NCBI GenBank assembly: GCA_020851555.1
Contig: JADZCM010000014.1
Span: 59,636-123,635, forward strand
Direction of reading: 5' to 3'
Length of the DNA stretch: 64,000 nucleotides
Source of the DNA: Bryobacterales bacterium
Lineage (GTDB): Bacteria; Acidobacteriota; Terriglobia; Bryobacterales; Bryobacteraceae
A program made the position numbers and the translations under genes. Shown one piece after another: positions 8,047 through 17,028 of this stretch. The notes below the pieces were generated by a model. The model saw only the letters and a list, made by a program, of their open reading frames with translations. It made no database searches and was not told the DNA's origin. Each line of letters opens with the position of its first letter. Position 1 is the first letter of the stretch.

Positions 8047-9009
8047 ATGACGCGTCTTTCTTTGCTCATTTGCGCGGCTGTGCTGGCCGTCTCGCCTTGC
8101 TTTTTGGAGGCGCAGGAGACCGGCGCGGTGGTCAGACTCGATCCGGCGCTTGACGCTCTCGTCGATGCGAACGCCCGGGTCGAGAAACTCGCCGGGGAGA
8201 TGGGTTTCCTGGAAGGCCCGCTCTGGATGCCCGGGGGCTATCTCCTCTTCAGCGACCTGGTCAGCAATGCCGTCATGAAGTACACACCCGGCGGCAAGCC
8301 CGAAGTGTACCTGGCTAAAGCAGGCTACGACCCCGACGAACCGGCGGGCGGGCGCCACATTGGCCCCAACGGGCTGGTGCTCGATGCTCAGGGCCGGCTC
8401 GTGATCTGCCAGCAGGGCAACCGCCACGTGATACGCATCGAGAAGGACGGCAGCCGGACACTGCTCGCCGAGCGTTTTGAAGGGAAGCACCTGAACAGCC
8501 CGAACGACATTGTTCGCGCCCGGGACGGTTCCCTCTACTTCACCGATCCCCCCTACGGCCTTCCCAAGCAGGACAAGGACCCGCTGGCGGAGTTGCCGTT
8601 CTGCGGAGTCTACCGGATCCGCGACTCCAGGCTGGAGTTGCTGACGAAGGAACTTGCCCGCCCCAACGGGCTTGCCTTTTCTCCCGGCGAGAAGTACCTA
8701 TACGTCACCGACGGGCGCCTCATCAAGCGGTTCGACGTGCAGAAGGACGGAGCGATCGCCAACGGGACCCTCTTCTTCGACATGTCCCAGGTCAGCCCCC
8801 GCGGCGGACCGGACGGTTTCAAAGTGGACCGGCTCGGGAACCTGTTCAGCTCCGGTCCCGGCGGAATCATCGTGATTTCGCCGCAAGGTAAACACCTGGG
8901 GACCATCCCCGTCCCCGAAAACCCCGCCAACTGCGCTTTCGGCGGCAAGGACGGCCGGACCCTGTTCATCACGGCCCGCACCAGCCTGTACTCGGTAACG
9001 CTCAAGTAG
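8047..9009 (+). CDS. SMP-30/gluconolactonase/LRE family protein (secreted)
   Basis: Start at ATG 8047 (MTRLSLLICAAVLAVSPCFLEAQ signal). EGPLWMPGGYLLFSD, NSPNDIV, LYFTDPPYG and [17 protein letters not shown] are typical six-blade propeller lactonase motifs. The last 157 nt are duplicated at 15861-16017. Confidence 0.85.
   Translation: MTRLSLLICAAVLAVSPCFLEAQETGAVVRLDPALDALVDANARVEKLAGEMGFLEGPLWMPGGYLLFSDLVSNAVMKYTPGGKPEVYLAKAGYDPDEPAGGRHIGPNGLVLDAQGRLVICQQGNRHVIRIEKDGSRTLLAERFEGKHLNSPNDIVRARDGSLYFTDPPYGLPKQDKDPLAELPFCGVYRIRDSRLELLTKELARPNGLAFSPGEKYLYVTDGRLIKRFDVQKDGAIANGTLFFDMSQVSPRGGPDGFKVDRLGNLFSSGPGGIIVISPQGKHLGTIPVPENPANCAFGGKDGRTLFITARTSLYSVTLK
8850..9006. repeat. Left copy of 157-bp direct repeat (3' end of the gluconolactonase gene)
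   Basis: By-eye alignment with 15861-16017 (offset 7011 nt) gives 155/157 identical. The two mismatches, at 8889 (t/c) and 8892 (a/g), are both synonymous third-codon positions. Identity stops at both ends. Confidence 0.9.
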
Positions 9010-9092
9010 TGATCCCCGGAATGGAGGATCTGTTCCAGCACGCGCTCGTTCGCTTTCATCTGTCTGACTGACCTTCCCCGGCCCGAGTATCC

Positions 9093-12059
9093 CTACGGCC
9101 GGTCGTACGTCGTTGCAAAAACTGTGTCCGCCAGCCACTTGCGGAACGATGGGTTGTCGCTGAACTGCTTGAAAAGCTCGGTATGGTCGGACAGCAAATC
9201 CGTAACGACCCGCTGGAGCGCCTTGTCGTGCTCGATCCGGGCGTTCTGGCGGTCCGAGTGTTTCTGGGCATTCTGGTAAGCTTTGTCGGCCGCCACCTTC
9301 GCGGGAATCTCCTCCGCGATCACCTTCCGGATCTTATCCCCGTCTTTCCAGTCGATGTTCCCGAACTGCTCATTGAACGCTTTGATGATGTTGCTCAAGC
9401 GGTCCATTTCCGCCTCTGGCTTGAACCCGCCACCAGAAGTCGGCACCGGACCGATCTCGGCGTTCTGGTCGGGCAAGGTGACCGAAATGGCCGCCTGGAC
9501 TTCCGGCCGGTAGCTGTCCATATCGATGGCTTCGAGGATGCCCTTCGACAGATCGTCCTCACGCGGAGCGGGCAGTTTCGGGATGAGGAAGTTCAGAAAG
9601 ACGGATAGCTTCTCCCATGCCGCGTTGTTGTAGGGCAGGATGGAGCCCAGAAAGCCGTAGGTCCGCACGAACGCCTTCGCCTTGCCCTTGAAGTCGACCT
9701 GGCCATCTTCATCGAGATCGGCGATGTACCCAGCGACGCAGGCGTCCAGAATCGGGTCGAGTTTGTCGCGGCTGGCGCCGGTCACGTAAAGCCCGACCAG
9801 TTGCTCCACCTGCGCCCACGAGTACACCTGGTACCCCTCCAGCGTGGCTTTCAGGTCGTGGAGCTTGTTCGGGTCGGTTTCCTCGCTCAGGATCGTGGTC
9901 CGGTAATATGGCTCGAACGCCTTCTGGATCGTCTCCGCGTCGTTAGCAAAGTCCAGAACGAAGGTGTCGTGCTTCTTCGGGTGCGCGCGGTTCAGGCGCG
10001 ACAGCGTCTGAACGGCCTTGATCCCGGATAGCGTCTTATCGACGTACATCGTGTGCAGCAACGGCTCGTCGTAGCCAGTCTGAAATTTGTCGGCCACGAT
10101 CAGAAAGCGGTATGGGTCCTCCTGGAAGCGGTCGGGAATCTGCCTGCTCGGAAACCCGTTAAGCGACGCTTCCGTGACGGGCTTACCGGCATACTGGTGT
10201 TCTCCGGAGAACGCGACGATGGAGCGGTAAGGGCTTTTCTGCTCGCGCAGGTAATCCTCGAAGGCGTGGAAATACTGGATGGCGCGCTCAATGCCGCCCG
10301 TCACCACCATGGCGCGCGCCTGGCCGCCGACCTTCCGGTACGCCATCACGCTGTCGGTGAAGTGGTCCACCATGATCTCGGCCTTCTGGCGGATCGCCTG
10401 CTCGTGAGACTCGACGTAACGGCGCAGCTTGGCGCGCGCCTTCTTCGTGTCAAACTCCGGGTCGTCGGGCACCGTCTTCGCCAGCCGGTAATAGCTCAGC
10501 ACCGGCGTATAGCTGCGCAGCACATCCAGGATGAATCCCTCCTGGATCGCTTGTTTCATCGTGTAGGAATGGAAAGGCCGGTGCTTGACCTTGCCGGCTT
10601 CCTCGAACGCCTCACCGAACGTCTCAAGCGTCTTGTTCTTCGGGGTTGCGGTGAACGCGAAGTAGCTCGCGTTCTTCAGCATCTTCCGCGATTCCATGAT
10701 GCGGTTGATGACGTCTTCGGGGGTTTCCTCCTCGTCACCACCGCTATCGGCGGTCAGGGCGATGTTCATCTTGGCCGCCGTCCGGCCGCCCTGGCTCGAA
10801 TGCGCTTCGTCTATGATGATGGCGAACTTGCTGCCGCGGTGCTCGTCGCCGATTTCATCGAGGATGAAGGGAAACTTCTGGACCGTGGTGATGACGATCT
10901 TCTTGCCGGACGCGAGGAACCGCCGCAGGTCACCGGAACTCTCGGCGTGTCCCACCGTTGCCGATACCTGCGCGAACTGCTTGATGGTGTCGCGGATCTG
11001 CTTGTCGAGGATGCGCCGATCAGTCACCACGATTACGGAATCGAAAACCGGGGCCCCATGCCGCAGCAACCCAATCAACTGGTGCGCGAGCCAGGCGATG
11101 GAGTTGCTCTTGCCGCTCCCGGCAGAGTGCTGGATCAGGTAGCGCTTGCCGACGCCGGTGACCACGGCGTCCGCCAGGAATTTCCGGACTACCTGAAGCT
11201 GGTGGTAGCGCGGGAAGATCTGGCGGCGCTTCCTGCGGCCGCGGTCATCCTTCTCTTCCGTCGTCTGTGCGTAATTTTCGATGATGTCGGTGAGGCGTGC
11301 GGGCGTCAGGATTTCCCGCCAGAGATAATCGGTCTTCACGCCGTTCGGGTTGGGCGGGTTGCCGGCGCCATCCTCGAAGCCTTTGTTGAACGGCAGGAAC
11401 CACGAGTCCTTGCCGGCCAGGCTGGTGCACATCCGGACTTCCTGATCGTCAACGGCGAAATGCACCGCGCAGCGGCCGGTCTCGAACAGGAGTTCCTTCG
11501 CGTCCCGGTCCCGTTTGTACTGCTCCACCGCGTCTTCGACGGTTTGCTTGGTCAGCCGATTCTTGAGTTCGAAGGTGGCGAACGGCAAACCATTGATGAG
11601 GACGGCCATGTCCAACGCGAGTTGGCCCTCGTCCTTGCTGTAGCGCAACTGGCGCGTGATGCTGAAGATGTTGGTCCGGAACAGGTCCTCGCTGCGCTTG
11701 TTGCCAGGCGTAGGGGTGCCGTAGAAGAGGTCGACCGAATCCGCGGGGCCGTGTTTGATCCCGCGCCGCAGGACATCGACGATGCCGCGCTTCGAGATCT
11801 CTCCCTGAAGCCGGTGCAGGAACTGGAGCCGCTTCGGGCCGTCCTCTCCGATCCCGAGGGCTTCCACGGTCTTCGGCTGGGTTGCCTTGAGGAATTCGAG
11901 TAGTACCGTTGGGTCGACGGCGTGATCGCGGTCAAAGTCCGAAGGCTCGGTCTGTCGGTAGCCAGCCTCATCGACAACGGACCCCACGATAAGTGCTTCC
12001 AGTCCCTTCTCGCTGGTGTCGCTGACCAGCTTGGGTCTAGATGGGCTAGTCGTCTGCAA
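9093..12059 (-). CDS. hsdR: Type I restriction endonuclease subunit R
   Basis: 988 aa. It has an N-terminal nuclease region, SF2 helicase motifs (IQHSAGSGKSNS, IIIDEAHSSQGG, FTATP, QTLSRLNR), and a C-terminal helical domain typical of HsdR. The start overlaps hsdS by 14 nt. Confidence 0.92.
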   Translation of the reverse strand: MQTTSPSRPKLVSDTSEKGLEALIVGSVVDEAGYRQTEPSDFDRDHAVDPTVLLEFLKATQPKTVEALGIGEDGPKRLQFLHRLQGEISKRGIVDVLRRGIKHGPADSVDLFYGTPTPGNKRSEDLFRTNIFSITRQLRYSKDEGQLALDMAVLINGLPFATFELKNRLTKQTVEDAVEQYKRDRDAKELLFETGRCAVHFAVDDQEVRMCTSLAGKDSWFLPFNKGFEDGAGNPPNPNGVKTDYLWREILTPARLTDIIENYAQTTEEKDDRGRRKRRQIFPRYHQLQVVRKFLADAVVTGVGKRYLIQHSAGSGKSNSIAWLAHQLIGLLRHGAPVFDSVIVVTDRRILDKQIRDTIKQFAQVSATVGHAESSGDLRRFLASGKKIVITTVQKFPFILDEIGDEHRGSKFAIIIDEAHSSQGGRTAAKMNIALTADSGGDEEETPEDVINRIMESRKMLKNASYFAFTATPKNKTLETFGEAFEEAGKVKHRPFHSYTMKQAIQEGFILDVLRSYTPVLSYYRLAKTVPDDPEFDTKKARAKLRRYVESHEQAIRQKAEIMVDHFTDSVMAYRKVGGQARAMVVTGGIERAIQYFHAFEDYLREQKSPYRSIVAFSGEHQYAGKPVTEASLNGFPSRQIPDRFQEDPYRFLIVADKFQTGYDEPLLHTMYVDKTLSGIKAVQTLSRLNRAHPKKHDTFVLDFANDAETIQKAFEPYYRTTILSEETDPNKLHDLKATLEGYQVYSWAQVEQLVGLYVTGASRDKLDPILDACVAGYIADLDEDGQVDFKGKAKAFVRTYGFLGSILPYNNAAWEKLSVFLNFLIPKLPAPREDDLSKGILEAIDMDSYRPEVQAAISVTLPDQNAEIGPVPTSGGGFKPEAEMDRLSNIIKAFNEQFGNIDWKDGDKIRKVIAEEIPAKVAADKAYQNAQKHSDRQNARIEHDKALQRVVTDLLSDHTELFKQFSDNPSFRKWLADTVFATTYDRP

Positions 12060-13389
12060 CGGCCGCCTCCTCTGGAACTTCCGATTCGTCTATCCCGGCG
12101 CTCAAATCTTCATCGCTTTCGTCAATTCTGTCGGCGATCAAAGGGACCTCGTCGCCAATCATAGCCTGCCGTACATCCAACTTGCCCGTAACGAGATCCG
12201 CAAGCACATCATTCCAGTACTCTCGAATTGCCTGGGCGGTACGGATGAACGAATCGTTCATTTCGGCTTCAAGATGGACAATCTCCGCGATACGGCATTG
12301 CTCGGAATACGCTGGGACGGGAATCTTTTCCTTCAGAAGCGTCCGCACGTTTAGCGGCCGGTTTCGCCCAGCCGCTCCTCGGGAATGCTGGTCTAGTAGA
12401 AACGTGCCGAACTGGGTCCGGAAGAATGCCAACAGAAAGGGACATGAAATCATGTCCCCTCGGCCCAGCAGGACGGGGTATCGATGGGAAACAACGCACC
12501 CAGAATCTTGCGGACGGGCGAGCGCAACAGCGCCCTCCCAAGCGAACTGCCCGCTAATGACCAGGTCCCCTTCCTCGATCCAATAAAAGCTGGAGTCGCC
12601 CAGGTCTGCTCCCCTCGTCGACTCCTTATGGAACATTCCGCGTCCCCTGTTGAATAAGCCTATTGGTGTGTAGATGTGGTCACTTTCGCGTTCGACCGGC
12701 CGCTCCACTATTGTCGTCACGACGCCCAGGCGCATACTCTTCGTTTGAGGAGCACGCGCCGCTTCCTCGGTCATCGCTCGGCACAACTCCCGTACAGCTA
12801 GCACTTGTTTCTTTTTCGCGCTGATGAAGCGGCGGACCAACTGATCCTGCGCGGCAATGAAACGAACAATCTGGTCCTGTTCTTCGCGGGGCGGACATGC
12901 GATGGGAATATCCAGAAACTTGTCCGGATAGAGCCTAAACCGAGAACTTCGAATCCCAGTTGACCGACATACATATTCGGATCGGTACGGCTCCGTCCGA
13001 AGCAGAACATCCACGTAGTCAGCTGAGAGGTGCTGGCCATCAACCGGCCTGTACACGCCGTATGACGGGCTGACCACACCGGTTTGCCTGGCTACGCCCA
13101 GAGCCGCCATCCAAGCCCACATCGTGTTGATGACCAGGTCACCTTGATGGCAGAGTTTGTGGCCAACGTATGACTCAGCCTCGAACATTGTGACGTTCTT
13201 CTGTCTGCGTGGAGTAACTCCCGTTAGATGCGATACCGAGAGCATCTCCTCCTCACCGGTCTGTGACCGCTCATCGATTTCTCTGAAGTACTCCTTGGCA
13301 CGGTGTTCTTCCCAATGCGCCGGTATTCGCCCGAGCCAAGGCAAGCGGGACGACTTGTAATTGGGATACGGCTTCAGACCATCGACCAT
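12046..13389 (-). CDS. hsdS: Type I restriction-modification specificity subunit S
   Basis: 447 aa. The N-terminus ...LPWLGRIPAHWE and two target-recognition-domain-like halves separated by conserved helical spacers (QDQLVRRFISAKKKQ..., AEIVHLEAEMNDSF...) fit HsdS. The ATG shares one nt with the hsdM stop (TAATG). Confidence 0.85.
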   Translation of the reverse strand: MVDGLKPYPNYKSSRLPWLGRIPAHWEEHRAKEYFREIDERSQTGEEEMLSVSHLTGVTPRRQKNVTMFEAESYVGHKLCHQGDLVINTMWAWMAALGVARQTGVVSPSYGVYRPVDGQHLSADYVDVLLRTEPYRSEYVCRSTGIRSSRFRLYPDKFLDIPIACPPREEQDQIVRFIAAQDQLVRRFISAKKKQVLAVRELCRAMTEEAARAPQTKSMRLGVVTTIVERPVERESDHIYTPIGLFNRGRGMFHKESTRGADLGDSSFYWIEEGDLVISGQFAWEGAVALARPQDSGCVVSHRYPVLLGRGDMISCPFLLAFFRTQFGTFLLDQHSRGAAGRNRPLNVRTLLKEKIPVPAYSEQCRIAEIVHLEAEMNDSFIRTAQAIREYWNDVLADLVTGKLDVRQAMIGDEVPLIADRIDESDEDLSAGIDESEVPEEAAVADD

Positions 13390-15530
13390 TACCGCGCTCC
13401 CACGATTCGGGCCAGGAGGCCTTTGGACTCATCTTCGAGCGCATAGAGTTCCGCCCTGATCTCCTCCAAACTTCTCGTCTGCTCGGGTTTGTAGAAGTAT
13501 CGGGCGAACACGATTTCATACCCGATGCGGGTTGCCCCTTCGTCGATCCAGGCGTCCGATAGATGCGGTAATACCTCGCGGCGGAAGAAGGCTTCGATGC
13601 CGCCGTCTTCGAGCAGCGGAATTTGCTCGGAGTCCTTGAAGGCAGGGTCAGGTTCGAACTCGATCAGGACGGAGCGCCCATCCTTCTCCCGGAGATAGCG
13701 GCCATAAAGGACTTCCCGTCCCGCGTCCAGGTCCTTTCGCGCTTTGGTTTCCTTCCGGATGACCGGTTCCGCGCTGTCATCCTGTCTGGTAAGTTCGGCT
13801 CGGACTAAGGCGGTCCGCTTCGCCGTCAGTTTAAGGCCGGCATCTTCGGCCGCTGCCTCGACCTGAGCGAGAAATGCGTTGTAATCGAGGTGCGGTCCCG
13901 GCCCGAGCTTGGCCCCCACAACGTCTACAACCGTCGCCAGCGCGTCGTCCTTCGCTGCTGAACAGAGGCTCCGGAATCGGCGCAGCGCCTCGGGAGACAA
14001 GTCCACACGCAATCGCAGCGGGCGGCGGACCCGAATCTTCCAATACCCGAACTCCTCGCGGGGAAAGATCTTCGACTGCTCGGACTCCTTGAACTCAACG
14101 AGCGCGGCCGCGATTCGCTGGATGTCGTCCTCGGTGAGTTCACAGTTCTTCTTCCCGAGGTTCTTGCGGAGCGGCCGGAACCAGGTGGTCGCGTCGATCA
14201 GTTGCACTCTGCCCTGGCGGATCTCCGGTTTCCGGTTGCTCAAGACCCATATGTAGGTCGCAATTCCGGTGTTGTAGAACATGTTCAGCGGCAGCGCGAT
14301 GATGGCCTCCAGCCAGTCGTTCTCGATGATCCAACGCCGGACGTTGCTTTCGCCGGAGCCGGCGCCGCCGGTGAAAAGGGAGGAGCCGTTGTGGACCTCG
14401 GCGATCCGGCTGCCGAGAGCCGTGTTCTGCTTCATCTTCGAAACCATGTTCACGAGGAAGAGCAGTTGGCCGTCATCGGAGCCCGTGACCATGCTGTACT
14501 CGGGATCGCCGGCATGATCGATGATGAAGCGCGAATCCTTGATCCCGCTTTTTCCGCCCATGCGTTCGAGGTCGATTTTCCAGCTCTTCCCGTACGGAGG
14601 ATTGGAGAGCATGAAATCGAACTGCCGCGAGCGGAATGCGTCCTGGGACAACGTCGAGCCGTGCTGGAAGTTCTCCGCCTCCTCCCCTTCGCCTTTGAGC
14701 AGGAGGTCGGCCTTGCTGATGGCGTAGGTTTCGGGCTGGCTTTCCTGTCCGTAAAGGTGGATCGACACCTCTTTCCCGTGCTCTGCGGCCAGCCGCTTCA
14801 AAGTCTCCTCAGCGACGGTCAGCATTCCACCCGTTCCGCATGCGCCGTCGTAGACCGCGTAGGTGGTGGATTCGATCTGGTCCGCGACCGGCAGGAAGAT
14901 GAGGTTCGCCATGAGCTTCACCACGTCGCGGGGCGTGAAGTGCTCGCCGGCCTCCTCGTTGTTGTCTTCGTTGAATCGCCGGATCAACTCCTCGAAGATG
15001 GTACCCATCGCGTGATTGTCGAGTCCCGGCAGGCGGACCGTTCCGTCCGGATGCATGACCGGTTCCGGACTCAGGTTGATCGAGGAGTCCGTGAATTTCT
15101 CGATAAGGCTCCCGAGAATATCGTTCTCGACGAGCGTGGGGATTTGATTGCGGAATTTAAATTTGTCGAGAATTTCAGCGACGTTCGAGGAGAAGCCTTC
15201 GAGGAATGTTTCGAAATCGGCCTTGAGCTGCTGGGCTTTGGCGCGGGAGCGCAGGTCGCGAAGCGTGAACGGCGACGCGTTGTAGAACGACTGGCCGGCG
15301 GCCGGGCGCAGAGCTCCATCCTGGTTGGCAATACCCGCCGCGTCCAGGTTGGCCTTCATGTCGAGCACGGTCTTCTTTGCAGGCCCTTCGAGGACGGCGT
15401 CGAGCCGCCGGATGACGGTCATCGGCAGGATTACGTCCCGGTACTTCCCGCGGACATAGATGTCGCGGAGAACGTCGTCGGCGATCCCCCAGATGAAGTT
15501 CGTAATCCAGTTGAGTTGACTTTGATCCAT
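13389..15530 (-). CDS. hsdM: Type I restriction-modification N6-adenine DNA methyltransferase subunit M
   Basis: HsdM_N-like start MDQSQLNWITNFIWGIADDVLRD. SAM motif I is YDGACGTGGML and catalytic motif IV is NPPYG (FDFMLSNPPYGKSW). The ORF is open up to 15617, but homologue-like sequence begins at ATG 15530. Confidence 0.9.
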   Translation of the reverse strand: MDQSQLNWITNFIWGIADDVLRDIYVRGKYRDVILPMTVIRRLDAVLEGPAKKTVLDMKANLDAAGIANQDGALRPAAGQSFYNASPFTLRDLRSRAKAQQLKADFETFLEGFSSNVAEILDKFKFRNQIPTLVENDILGSLIEKFTDSSINLSPEPVMHPDGTVRLPGLDNHAMGTIFEELIRRFNEDNNEEAGEHFTPRDVVKLMANLIFLPVADQIESTTYAVYDGACGTGGMLTVAEETLKRLAAEHGKEVSIHLYGQESQPETYAISKADLLLKGEGEEAENFQHGSTLSQDAFRSRQFDFMLSNPPYGKSWKIDLERMGGKSGIKDSRFIIDHAGDPEYSMVTGSDDGQLLFLVNMVSKMKQNTALGSRIAEVHNGSSLFTGGAGSGESNVRRWIIENDWLEAIIALPLNMFYNTGIATYIWVLSNRKPEIRQGRVQLIDATTWFRPLRKNLGKKNCELTEDDIQRIAAALVEFKESEQSKIFPREEFGYWKIRVRRPLRLRVDLSPEALRRFRSLCSAAKDDALATVVDVVGAKLGPGPHLDYNAFLAQVEAAAEDAGLKLTAKRTALVRAELTRQDDSAEPVIRKETKARKDLDAGREVLYGRYLREKDGRSVLIEFEPDPAFKDSEQIPLLEDGGIEAFFRREVLPHLSDAWIDEGATRIGYEIVFARYFYKPEQTRSLEEIRAELYALEDESKGLLARIVGAR

Positions 15531-15860
15531 TGATTGTCCGTAACCACCAGGAGGTTCTTGCAGGAACATCTCCCCTGCGCGCCGGGTGTATGGCGCCGAA
15601 CCCTCCAATTGGCTCAAGTCCTTACTTTATTGCATTGCGCCGGGGTGCGCACGTGAGGCAGGGCCGATGGGGAAAGCGACAGCACCCCACCGGGGCGGTT
15701 GCCGTGCCACATGCATATCTGATAGAAAACAAAATCGGTTCCTGCTAGCAGTACTGTAGCGATCCGCGAGAGTGCATGGGGCACATCCGGCTGGGTAAGT
15801 TACCGCGAACACGAAAGTGGCAGCAGGTCGTCGGTCTCCTGGGCTCCGGGGCTGGTACGC

Positions 15861-16017
15861 CTCCGGTCCCGGCGGAATCATCGTGATTTCGCCGCAAGGC
15901 AAGCACCTGGGGACCATCCCCGTCCCCGAAAACCCCGCCAACTGCGCTTTCGGCGGCAAGGACGGCCGGACCCTGTTCATCACGGCCCGCACCAGCCTGT
16001 ACTCGGTAACGCTCAAG
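15861..16017. repeat. Right copy of 157-bp direct repeat (orphan 3' gluconolactonase segment)
   Basis: It encodes ...[52 protein letters not shown] followed by TSGNLQ*, a different tail from the left copy, which ends LK*. No upstream propeller sequence is attached. Confidence 0.9.
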
Positions 16018-16052
16018 ACCTCCGGCAACCTGCAATAAAGCGAGCGAATGGC

Positions 16053-16077
16053 GGGCGCGTGCGGCCGCCGCGCCCGA
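16053..16077. terminator. GC-rich hairpin between convergent genes (candidate bidirectional terminator)
   Basis: CGGGCGCG-tgcggccgc-CGCGCCCG is a perfect 8-bp stem lying between the repeat copy/gluconolactonase tail and the stop of the minus-strand SMP-30 gene at 16100. There is no U-tract. Confidence 0.35.
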
Positions 16078-16099
16078 GAGGCGCCGCGCGCCGCCTGGG

Positions 16100-17023
16100 C
16101 TACCGGCGCAGGCCGGGCACTTCCGAGGGAATCCGGTAGAGCGTCTTGCCGGCGGTCACGTAGAGCATCCGCAGGTCCGGCCCGCCAAAGGCGCAGTTGG
16201 TGACGGTGTCCTCGGGTATGGGGATGAACCGCAGGAGCTCACCGGCGGGAGAAAACACATGCACGCCGGGGCGGGTGTCCAGAGTCTCACTCGTGTTCCG
16301 GCGGCGATTGAGGCCGGCGGCGGCATAGAGGTTGCCCTGCGAGTCGATGCACAGGCCGTCGGCGCTGCGGCCGGGGTAAAAGTTGTGGAAGACCCGCATG
16401 CCGCTCACGGAGCCTTGCGGGGACAGGTCGTAGGCGCGTATCATCCGCGCGCCGCCCTCCGCCTGGTTGGATTCGACCAGGTAGAGCGTCCGATCGTCGG
16501 GTGAGATCATGACGCCGTTGGGCCTCTCAATGGCAGGCGCTGCCAGGATCCGGGATATCCGCCCGTCCGGATCAATGCGGTACACGCCGGGCGCCTGTCC
16601 CTGGTCCGTAAAATAGATCCGCCCACGGCCGTCCAGGGTAACGTCGTTCGGCGCGCCCAGCGGCTTGCCCTCGTACCCGGCGGCGAGCACCTCCACCGCT
16701 CCGGAAGCGAGGTCCGTGCGGGTCACCCGCGGGGGCACGCCGCGGGCGGCGTCGCCCGTCTCGCAGGCGATGAGCCTGCCGCGCTCGTCGAACACCAGTC
16801 CGTTGGCGCCGTTGCTGTTCTCCCTGAACGTGGACAGGCGGCCTTTCACCGGCAGCAGGAAAATGCGGCGGCTGGTGAGGTCGGTGAAGTACACGTTCCC
16901 TGCCGCATCCGCCGCGGGTCCTTCCGTGAAGGCGATGGCGGCGGCCGGAACGGCCTCCGTCTGCCCGAGACACGCGCCGGCCGCGAAAACCAGAACCAGC
17001 GCCAAATCCGCTGCGATCCGCAT
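16100..17023 (-). CDS. SMP-30/gluconolactonase/LRE family protein (second paralogue)
   Basis: Start at ATG 17023 (MRIAADLALVLVFAAGACLG signal) with AGGTG 5 nt upstream. Motifs include FTEGPAADAAGNVYFTD, GANGLVFDERGRLIACE, PNDVTLDGRGRIYFTD and TNCAFGGPDLRMLYVTA. The longer 559-aa ORF extension overlaps the upstream gene and is rejected. Confidence 0.85.
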   Translation of the reverse strand: MRIAADLALVLVFAAGACLGQTEAVPAAAIAFTEGPAADAAGNVYFTDLTSRRIFLLPVKGRLSTFRENSNGANGLVFDERGRLIACETGDAARGVPPRVTRTDLASGAVEVLAAGYEGKPLGAPNDVTLDGRGRIYFTDQGQAPGVYRIDPDGRISRILAAPAIERPNGVMISPDDRTLYLVESNQAEGGARMIRAYDLSPQGSVSGMRVFHNFYPGRSADGLCIDSQGNLYAAAGLNRRRNTSETLDTRPGVHVFSPAGELLRFIPIPEDTVTNCAFGGPDLRMLYVTAGKTLYRIPSEVPGLRR

Positions 17024-17028
17024 TTCAC

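Noticed and set aside
10053-11903. 616-aa plus-strand ORF opposite hsdR (and similarly 14202-15533 opposite hsdM)
   Set aside because: Both are antisense to genes with unambiguous helicase and methyltransferase motifs, and they have no motifs of their own.
9007-15860. Search for an integrase, recombinase, transposase or tRNA attachment site inside or beside the type I R-M insert
   Set aside because: None was found in any frame by eye. The only coding content is hsdMSR plus two short stubs, hence the recombination or long-duplication interpretation rather than an integrative element.
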